Positions 1 through 6,358 of a stretch of 16,588 nt of DNA are shown in pieces (position 1 is the first letter of the stretch; each line of letters opens with the position of its first letter). Source of the DNA: a virus (taxonomy: Duplodnaviria > Heunggongvirae > Uroviricota > Caudoviricetes). The notes beneath the pieces are model-generated. The model saw only the letters and a program-made list of their open reading frames with translations. It was not told the DNA's origin and did not search any database. A program made the translations under genes and the position numbers. The stretch is taken from the IMG/VR virus record IMGVR_UViG_2529293142_000008. One strand, given 5' to 3'.

Positions 1-248
1 GTATGGCCATCGATGGTCTGAAAGAAGTACAGGAAGCGGTGATGCTGATAGAAGCCGGACTGAGCACCTACGAGAAAGAGTGCGCGAAACGCGGTGACGA
101 CTATCAGGAAATTTTTGCCCAGCAGGTCCGTGAAACGATGGAGCGCCGCGCGGCTGGTCTTAAACCGCCCGCCTGGGCGGCTGCGGCATTTGAATCCGGG
201 CTGCGACAATCAACAGAGGAGGAGAAGAGTGACAGCAGAGCTGCGTAA
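1..248 (+). CDS. B: portal protein gpB, C-terminal fragment (5' end outside window)
   Basis: ORF enters from the window start in the frame of ORF 3..248 and stops at 246-248. It sits immediately upstream of C and overlaps it by 20 nt, as B/C do in lambda. Confidence 0.8.
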   Translation, partial: MAIDGLKEVQEAVMLIEAGLSTYEKECAKRGDDYQEIFAQQVRETMERRAAGLKPPAWAAAAFESGLRQSTEEEKSDSRAA

Positions 249-1548
249 TCTCCCGCATATTGCCAGCATGGCCTTTAATGAGCCGCTGATGCTTGAACCC
301 GCCTATGCGCGGGTTTTCTTTTGTGCGCTTGCAGGCCAGCTTGGGATCAGCCGCCTGACGGATGCGGTGTCCGGTGACAGCCTGACTGCCGGAGAGGCAC
401 CCGCGACGCTGGCGTTATCCGTTGATGATGACGGACCACGACAGGCCCGCAGTTATCAGGTCATGAACGGCATCGCCGTGCTGCCGGTGTCCGGCACGCT
501 GGTCAGCCGGACGCGGGCGCTGCAGCCGTATTCGGGGATGACCGGTTACAACGGCATTATCGCCCGTCTGCAACAGGCTGCCAGCGATCCGATGGTGGAC
601 GGCATTCTGCTCGATATGGACACGCCCGGCGGGATGGTGGCGGGGGCATTTGACTGCGCTGACATCATCGCCCGTGTGCGTGACATAAAACCGGTATGGG
701 CGCTTGCCAACGACATGAACTGCAGTGCAGGTCAGCTGCTTGCCAGTGCCGCCTCCCGGCGTCTGGTCACGCAGACCGCCCGGACAGGCTCCATCGGCGT
801 CATGATGGCTCACAGTAATTACGGTGCTGCGCTGGAGAAACAGGGTGTGGAAATCACGCTGATTTACAGCGGCAGCCATAAGGTGGATGGCAACCCCTAC
901 AGCCATCTTCCGGATGACGTCCGGGAGACACTGCAGTCCCGGATGGACGCAACCCGCCAGATGTTTGCGCAGAAGGTGTCGGCATATACCGGCCTGTCCG
1001 TGCAGGCTGTGCTGGATACCGAGGCTGCAGTGTACAGCGGTCAGGAGGCCATTGATGCCGGACTGGCTGATGAACTTGTTAACAGCACCGATGCGATCAC
1101 CGTCATGCGTGATGCACTGGATGCACGTAAATCCCGTCTCTCAGGAGGGCGAATGACCAAAGAGACTCAATCAACAACTGTTTCAGCCACTGCTTCGCAG
1201 GCTGACGTTACTGACATGATGCCCGCGACGGAGGGCGAAAACGCCAGCGCGGCGCAGCCGGACGTGAACGCGCAGATCACCGCAGCGGTTGCGGCAGAAA
1301 ACAGCCGCATTATGGGGATCCTCAACTGTGAGGAGGCTCACGGACGCGAAGAACAGGCACGCGTGCTGGCAGAAACCCCCGGTATGACCGTGGAAACGGC
1401 CCGCCGCATTCTGGCCGCAGCACCACAGAGTGCACAGGCGCGCAGTGATACTGCGCTGGATCGTCTGATGCAGGGTGCACCGGCACCGCTGGCTGCAGGT
1501 AACCCGGCATCTGATGCCGTTAACGATTTGCTGAATACACCAGTGTAA
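229..1548 (+). CDS. C: head maturation protease / minor capsid protein C (S49 ClpP/SppA-like family)
   Basis: GTG at 229 preceded by GAGGAGAAG (221-228), in frame with ORF 94..1548. It gives 439 aa, the lambda gpC length. The 94 start of the ORF track is an upstream in-frame Met inside B and is unlikely to be the real start. Confidence 0.88.
   Translation: MTAELRNLPHIASMAFNEPLMLEPAYARVFFCALAGQLGISRLTDAVSGDSLTAGEAPATLALSVDDDGPRQARSYQVMNGIAVLPVSGTLVSRTRALQPYSGMTGYNGIIARLQQAASDPMVDGILLDMDTPGGMVAGAFDCADIIARVRDIKPVWALANDMNCSAGQLLASAASRRLVTQTARTGSIGVMMAHSNYGAALEKQGVEITLIYSGSHKVDGNPYSHLPDDVRETLQSRMDATRQMFAQKVSAYTGLSVQAVLDTEAAVYSGQEAIDAGLADELVNSTDAITVMRDALDARKSRLSGGRMTKETQSTTVSATASQADVTDMMPATEGENASAAQPDVNAQITAAVAAENSRIMGILNCEEAHGREEQARVLAETPGMTVETARRILAAAPQSAQARSDTALDRLMQGAPAPLAAGNPASDAVNDLLNTPV
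943..1548 (+). CDS. nu3: capsid scaffolding protein Nu3, nested in-frame in the 3' third of C
   Basis: Internal in-frame ATG at 943 shares the C stop at 1548 and gives 201 aa, the lambda Nu3 length. Nested C/Nu3 organisation is known for lambda. No clear ribosome binding site seen, so the start is by analogy. Confidence 0.65.
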   Translation: MDATRQMFAQKVSAYTGLSVQAVLDTEAAVYSGQEAIDAGLADELVNSTDAITVMRDALDARKSRLSGGRMTKETQSTTVSATASQADVTDMMPATEGENASAAQPDVNAQITAAVAAENSRIMGILNCEEAHGREEQARVLAETPGMTVETARRILAAAPQSAQARSDTALDRLMQGAPAPLAAGNPASDAVNDLLNTPV

Positions 1549-1557
1549 GGGATGTTT

Positions 1558-1908
1558 ATGACGAGCAAAGAAACCTTTACCCATTACCAGCCGCTGGGCA
1601 ACAGTGACCCGGCTCATACCGCAACCGCGCCCGGCGGATTGAGTGCGAAAGCGCCTGCAATGACCCCGCTGATGCTGGACACCTCCACCCGTAAGCTGGT
1701 TGCGTGGGATGGCACCACCGACGGTGCTGCCGTTGGCATTCTTGCGGTTGCTGCTGACCAGACCAGCACCACGCTGACGTTCTACAAGTCCGGCACGTTC
1801 CGTTATGAGGATGTGCTCTGGCCGGAGGCTGCCAGCGATGAGACGAAAAACGGACCGCGTTTGCCGGAACGGCAATCAGCATCGTTTAACCTTACCCTTC
1901 ATCACTAA
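1558..1908 (+). CDS. D: head decoration protein D, C-terminus altered by an apparent 1-nt deletion in an A-run
   Basis: ATG 1558 ([12 protein letters not shown]...). After the A5 run at 1846-1850 the +1 frame encodes [13 protein letters not shown] then TAA at 1887-1889, which would give the canonical 110-aa gpD. The observed frame instead reads [19 protein letters not shown] and stops at 1906-1908. Confidence 0.8.
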   Translation: MTSKETFTHYQPLGNSDPAHTATAPGGLSAKAPAMTPLMLDTSTRKLVAWDGTTDGAAVGILAVAADQTSTTLTFYKSGTFRYEDVLWPEAASDETKNGPRLPERQSASFNLTLHH

Positions 1909-1910
1909 AG

Positions 1911-1931
1911 GCCGCCTGTGCGGCTTTTTTT
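1911..1931 (+). terminator. hairpin GCCGC-CTGT-GCGGC followed by T7, between D and E
   Basis: Read directly from the sequence. It lies inside the operon, so it is more likely an attenuator or mRNA-stability element than a full terminator. Confidence 0.4.
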
Positions 1932-1944
1932 ACGGGATTTTTTT

Positions 1945-2969
1945 ATGTCGATGTACACAACCGCCCAGCTGCTGGCGGCAAATGAGCAGAAATTTAAGTT
2001 TGATCCGCTGTTTCTGCGTCTCTTTTTCCGTGAGAGCTATCCCTTCACTACGGAGAAAGTCTATCTCTCACAAATTCCGGGACTGGTAAACATGGCGCTG
2101 TACGTTTCGCCGATTGTTTCCGGTGAGGTTATCCGCTCCCGTGGCGGCTCCACCTCTGAATTTACGCCGGGATATGTCAAACCCAAGCATGAAGTGAATC
2201 CGCAGATGACCCTGCGTCGCCTGCCGGATGAAGATCCACAGAATCTGGCGGACCCGGCTTACCGCCGCCGTCGCATCATCCTGCAGAACATGCGAGACGA
2301 AGAGCTGGCCATTGCTCAGGTCGAAGAGATGCAGGCCGTTTCTGCCGTGCTTAAGGGCAAATATACCATGACCGGTGAAGCCTTCGATCCGGTTGAAGTG
2401 GATATGGGCCGCAGTGCGGCGAATAACATCACGCAGTCCGGCGGCACGCAGTGGAGCCAGCGTGACAAGTCCACGTATGACCCGACCGACGATATCGAAG
2501 CCTACGCGCTGAACGCCAGCGGTGTGGTGAATATCATCGTGTTTGATCCGAAAGGCTGGGCGCTGTTCCGTTCCTTCAAAGCCGTCAGGGATAAGCTGGA
2601 TACCCGTCGCGGCTCTCATTCCGAGCTGGAGACAGCGGTAAAAGCCTGGGCAAAGCGGTGTCCTATAAGGGAATGTATGGCGATGTGGCCATCGTCGTGT
2701 ATTCCGGACAGTACGTGGAAAACGACGTCAAAAAGAACTTCCTTCCGGACAACACGATGGTGCTGGGGAACACTCAGGCACGCGGTCTGCGCACCTATGG
2801 CTGCATTCAGGATGCGGACGCACAGCGCGAAGGTATTAACGCCTCTGCCCGCTACCCGAAAAACTGGGTGACCACCGGCGATCCGGCGCGTGAGTTCACC
2901 ATGATTCAGTCAGCACCGCTGATGCTGCTGGCTGACCCTGATGCATTCGTGTCTGTACAACTGGCGTAA
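1945..2969 (+). pseudogene. E: major capsid protein E, frame interrupted by a 1-nt deletion near 2644-2645
   Basis: ATG 1945 (MSMYTTAQLLAANEQKFKFDPLF...). The N-terminal ORF runs to 2871 with an aberrant tail. The E C-terminus (SYKGMYGDVAIVVYSGQYVEN...FVSVQLA) is in the +1 frame as ORF 2658..2969. The span is 1025 nt against 1026 nt for 341 aa plus stop. Confidence 0.85.
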
Positions 2970-2971
2970 TC

Positions 2972-2998
2972 ATGGCCCTTCGGGGCCATTTTCTCTCT
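2972..2998 (+). terminator. hairpin ATGGCCC-TTCG-GGGCCAT (UUCG tetraloop) followed by TTTCTCTCT, just after the E stop
   Basis: Read directly. 7-bp GC-rich stem with a partial U-tract; candidate attenuator between E and FI. Confidence 0.35.
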
Positions 2999-3010
2999 GT
3001 GGAGGAGTCC

Positions 3011-3409
3011 ATGACGAAAGATGAACTGATTGCCCGTCTTCAGGTGCTGGGTGAGCAACTGAACCGTGATGTCAGCCTGACGGGGACGAAAGAAGAACTG
3101 GCACTCCGTGTGGCAGAGCTGGAAGAGGAGCTTGATGACACGGATGACGCTGCCGGTCAGGACACATCTCTCAGCCCGGAAAATGTGCTGACCGGGCATG
3201 AAAATGAGGTGGTATCAGCGCAGCCGGATACCGTGATTCATGATACGGCTGAACTGGTCACGGTAGTGGCACTGGTGACGCTGCATACCGATGCACTTCA
3301 CGCCACGCGGGATGAACCTGTGGCATTTGTGCTGCCGGGAACGGCGTTCCGTGTCTCTGCCGGTGTGGCAGCCGAAATGACAGAGCGTGGCCTGGCCAGA
3401 ATGCAATAA
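3011..3409 (+). CDS. FI: DNA packaging / head assembly protein FI
   Basis: ATG 3011 preceded by GGAGGAG. Gives 132 aa (MTKDELIARLQVLGEQLNRDVSLTGTKEELALRVAEL...). Acidic N-terminal half and position match lambda FI. Confidence 0.9.
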   Translation: MTKDELIARLQVLGEQLNRDVSLTGTKEELALRVAELEEELDDTDDAAGQDTSLSPENVLTGHENEVVSAQPDTVIHDTAELVTVVALVTLHTDALHATRDEPVAFVLPGTAFRVSAGVAAEMTERGLARMQ

Positions 3410-3420
3410 CGGGAGGCGCT

Positions 3421-3795
3421 GTGGCTGATTTCGATAACCTGTTCGATGCTGCCATTGCCTGCGCCGATGAAACGATACGCGGGTACATGGGAACGTCAGC
3501 CACCATGACATCCGGTGAGCAGTCCGGTGCGGTGATACGTGGTGTTTTTGATGACCCTGAGAATATCAGCTATGCCGGACAGGGCGTGCGCGTTGAAGGC
3601 TCCAGCCCGTCCCTGTTTGTCCGGACTGATGATGTGCGGCAGCTGCGGCGCGGCGACACGCTGACCATCGGTGAGGAAAACTTCTGGATAGACCGGATTT
3701 CGCCGGATGATGGCGGAAGTTGTCATCTCTGGCTTGGCGGGGGGGGACCGCCTGCCGTTAACCGTCGTCGCTTGAAAGGGGGGGTATGGCCATAA
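3421..3795 (+). CDS. FII: head-tail connector protein FII, apparent stop-codon loss extending it 7 codons into Z
   Basis: GTG 3421 preceded by GGGAGG (3411-3416). The first 117 codons end in ...PPAVNRRR at 3771, the canonical gpFII length. Codon 118 is TTG (3772-3774) where a stop is expected, and the ORF reads LKGGVWP to TAA at 3793-3795. Confidence 0.8.
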   Translation: MADFDNLFDAAIACADETIRGYMGTSATMTSGEQSGAVIRGVFDDPENISYAGQGVRVEGSSPSLFVRTDDVRQLRRGDTLTIGEENFWIDRISPDDGGSCHLWLGGGGPPAVNRRRLKGGVWP

Positions 3796-4364
3796 AAGGT
3801 CTTGAGCAGGCCGTTGAAAACCTCAGCCGTATCAGCAAAACGGCGGTGCCCGGTGCCGCCGCAATGGCCATTAACCGCGTTGCTTCATCCGCGATATCGC
3901 AGTCGGCGTCACAGGTTGCCCGTGAGACAAAGGTACGCCGGAAACTGGTAAAGGAAAGGGCCAGGCTGAAAAGGGCCACGGTCAAAAATCCGCAGGCCAG
4001 AATCAAGGTTAACCGGGGGGATTTGCCCGTAATCAAGCTGGGGAATGCGCGGGTTGTCCTGTCCCGACGCAGGCGTCGTAACAAGGGGCAGCGTTCATCC
4101 CTGAAAGGTGGCGGCAGCGTGCTTGTGGTGGGAAACCGTCGTATTCCCGGCGCGTTTATTCAGCAACTGAAAAATGGCCGGTGGCATGTCATGCAGCGTG
4201 TGGCCGGGAAAAACCGTTACCCCATTGATGTGGTGAAAATCCCGATGGCGGTGCCGCTGACCACGGCGTTTAAACAGAATATTGAACGGATACGGCGTGA
4301 ACGTTTGCCGAAAGAGCTGGGCTATGCGCTGCAGCATCAACTGAGAATGGTAATAAAGCGATGA
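3786..4364 (+). CDS. Z: tail assembly / tail completion protein Z
   Basis: ATG 3786 after a G-rich Shine-Dalgarno. Gives 192 aa, the lambda gpZ length, in the expected position. Confidence 0.9.
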   Translation: MAIKGLEQAVENLSRISKTAVPGAAAMAINRVASSAISQSASQVARETKVRRKLVKERARLKRATVKNPQARIKVNRGDLPVIKLGNARVVLSRRRRRNKGQRSSLKGGGSVLVVGNRRIPGAFIQQLKNGRWHVMQRVAGKNRYPIDVVKIPMAVPLTTAFKQNIERIRRERLPKELGYALQHQLRMVIKR

Positions 4365-4757
4365 AACATACTGAACTCCGTAGCAGCCGTACTGGATGCA
4401 CTGGAGAAGCATGACACCGGGGCGACGCTTTTTGATGGTCGCCCCGCTGTTTTTGATGAGGAAGATTTTCCGGCAGTTGCCGTTTATCTCACCGGCGCTG
4501 AATACACGGGCGAAGAGCTGGACAGCGATACCTGGCAGGCGGAGCTGCATATCGAAGTTTTCCTGCCTGCTCAGGTGCCGGATTCAGAGCTGGATGCGTG
4601 GATGGAGTCCCGGATTTATCCGGTGATGAGCGATATCCCGGCACTGTCAGAGTTGATCACCAGTATGGTGGCCAGTGGCTATGACTACCGACGCGACGAT
4701 GATGCGGGCCTGTGGAGTTCAGCCGATCTGACTTATGTCATTACCTATGAAATGTGA
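4361..4757 (+). pseudogene. U: tail terminator protein U, frame interrupted by a 1-nt insertion near 4382
   Basis: ATG 4361 (MKHTELR) runs into TGA at 4412-4414 after 17 codons. The rest of U (...[59 protein letters not shown]) is in the next frame and ends at 4757. The span is 397 nt against 396 nt for 131 aa plus stop. Confidence 0.85.
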
Positions 4758-4764
4758 GGACGCT

Positions 4765-5505
4765 ATGCCTGTACCAAATCCTGTAATGCCGGTGAAAGGT
4801 GCCGGGACCACCCTGTGGGTTTATAAGGGGAGCGGTGACCCTTATGCGAACCCGCTTTCAGACGTTGACTGGTCGCGTCTGGCAAAAGTTAAAGATCTGA
4901 CGCCCGGCGAACTGACCGCAGAGTCCTATGACGACAGCTATCTCGATGATGAAGATGCGGACTGGACTGCGACCGGGCAGGGGCAGAAATCAGCCGGAGA
5001 TACCAGCTTCACGCTGGCGTGGATGCCCGGAGAGCAGGGGCAGCAGGCGCTGCTGGCGTGGTTTAATGAAGGTGATACCCGTGCCTATAAAATCCGCTTC
5101 CCGAACGGCACGGTCGATGTGTTCCGTGGCTGGGTCAGCAGTATCGGTAAAGCGGTGACGGCGAAGGAAGTGATCACCCGCACGGTGAAGGTCACCAATG
5201 TGGGACGCCCGTCGATGGCAGAAGATCGCAGCACGGTCACAGCGGCAACCGGCATGACCGTGACGCCTGCCAGCACCTCGGTGGTGAAAGGGCAGAGCAC
5301 CACGCTGACCGTGGCATTCCAGCCGGAAGGCGCAACCGACAAGAGCTTCCGTGCGGTGTCTGCGGATAAAACAAAAGCCACCGTGTCGGTCAGTGGTATG
5401 ACCATCACCGTGAAAGGTGTTGCTGCAGGCAAGGTCAACATTCCGGTCGTATCCGGTAATGGTGAACTTGCTGCGGTTGCAGAAATCACTGTCACCGACA
5501 GTTAA
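4765..5505 (+). CDS. V: major tail tube protein V with C-terminal Ig-like domain
   Basis: ATG 4765 preceded by GTGAGGA. Gives 246 aa ([22 protein letters not shown]...), intact. The C-terminal Thr/Val-rich beta-rich segment fits the known Ig-like domain of gpV. Confidence 0.92.
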   Translation: MPVPNPVMPVKGAGTTLWVYKGSGDPYANPLSDVDWSRLAKVKDLTPGELTAESYDDSYLDDEDADWTATGQGQKSAGDTSFTLAWMPGEQGQQALLAWFNEGDTRAYKIRFPNGTVDVFRGWVSSIGKAVTAKEVITRTVKVTNVGRPSMAEDRSTVTAATGMTVTPASTSVVKGQSTTLTVAFQPEGATDKSFRAVSADKTKATVSVSGMTITVKGVAAGKVNIPVVSGNGELAAVAEITVTDS

Positions 5506-5520
5506 TCCGGAGAGTCAGCG

Positions 5521-5943
5521 ATGTTCCTGAAAACCGAATCATTTGAACATAACGGCGTGACCGTCACGCTTTCTGAACTTTCAGCCCTGCAGCGTATTGA
5601 GCATCTCGCCCTGATGAAACGGCAGGCAGAACAGGCGGAGTCAGACAGCAACCGGAAGTTTACAGTGGAAGACGCCATCAGAACCGGTGCTTTTGTGGTG
5701 GCGATGTCCCTGTGGCATAACCATCCGCAGAAGACAAAGCAGCCTTCCATGAATGAAGCCGTTAAACAGATTGAGCAGGAAGTGCTTACCACCTGGCCCA
5801 CAGAGGCAATTTCTCATGCTGAAAACGTGGTGTACCGGCTGTCCGGTATGTATGAGTTTGTGGTGAATGATGCCCCTGAACAGGCAGAGGACGCCGGGCC
5901 TGCAGAGCCTGTTTCTGCGGGAAAGTGTTCGACGGTGAGCTGA
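5521..5943 (+). CDS. G: tail assembly chaperone G
   Basis: ATG 5521, 140 aa, ends in ...SAGKCSTVS. The slippery heptamer lies 6 codons before its stop. Confidence 0.9.
   Translation: MFLKTESFEHNGVTVTLSELSALQRIEHLALMKRQAEQAESDSNRKFTVEDAIRTGAFVVAMSLWHNHPQKTKQPSMNEAVKQIEQEVLTTWPTEAISHAENVVYRLSGMYEFVVNDAPEQAEDAGPAEPVSAGKCSTVS
5919..5925 (+). other. programmed -1 ribosomal frameshift slippery heptamer GGGAAAG (G to G-T)
   Basis: Heptamer G GGA AAG read directly in the G frame near the 3' end of G. It is the known lambda G-T slip site. Confidence 0.8.
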
Positions 5944-6358
5944 GTTTTGCCCTGAAACTGGCGCGCGAGATGGGGCGACCCGACTGGCGCGCCATGCTTG
6001 CCGGGATGTCATCCACGGAGTATGCCGACTGGCACCGCTTTTACAGTACCCATTATTTCATGATGTTCTGCTGGATATGCACTTTTCCGGGCTGACGTAC
6101 ACCGTGCTCAGCCTGTTTTTCAGCGATCCGGATATACATCCGCTGGATTTCAGTCTGCTGAACCGGCGTGAGGCTGACGAAGAGCCTGAAGATGATGTGC
6201 TGATGCAGAAAGCGGCAGGGCTTGCCGGAGGCGTCCGCTTTGGCCCGGACGGGAATGAAGTTATCCCCGCTTCCCCGGATGTGGCGGACATGACGGAGGA
6301 TGACGTAATGCTGATGACAGTATCAGAAGGGATCGCAGGAGGAGTCCGGTATGGCTGA
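5919..6358 (+). pseudogene. T: tail assembly chaperone T (G-T frameshift extension), interrupted by a 1-nt deletion in a T-run near 6056-6058
   Basis: The -1 frame from the slip site reads VFDGELSFALKLAREMGRPDWRAMLAGMSSTEYADWHRFYSTHY and then hits TGA at 6093-6095. The rest of T (HFSGLTYTVLSLFFSDPD...IAGGVRYG) is in another frame (ORF 6077..6358), overlapping the H start as expected. Confidence 0.75.

Noticed and set aside
94-228. Upstream extension of C to the ATG at 94 (484-aa ORF in the track)
   Set aside because: That segment is inside the B coding region in another frame. GTG at 229 has a strong GAGGAG Shine-Dalgarno and gives the expected 439 aa.
415-1875. - strand ORFs 415..906 (163 aa) and 1183..1875 (230 aa)
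   Set aside because: Antisense within C/Nu3 and D. His/Arg/Gly-rich composition typical of spurious GC-rich antisense frames.
2068-2619. 183-aa - strand ORF
   Set aside because: Antisense within the major capsid gene E.
1846-6095. Possibility that the D, E, U and FII frame breaks are programmed recoding events like G-T
   Set aside because: None has a slippery heptamer or stimulatory structure at the break, and recoding is known only for G-T in this operon. Indel or mutation is the simpler explanation.
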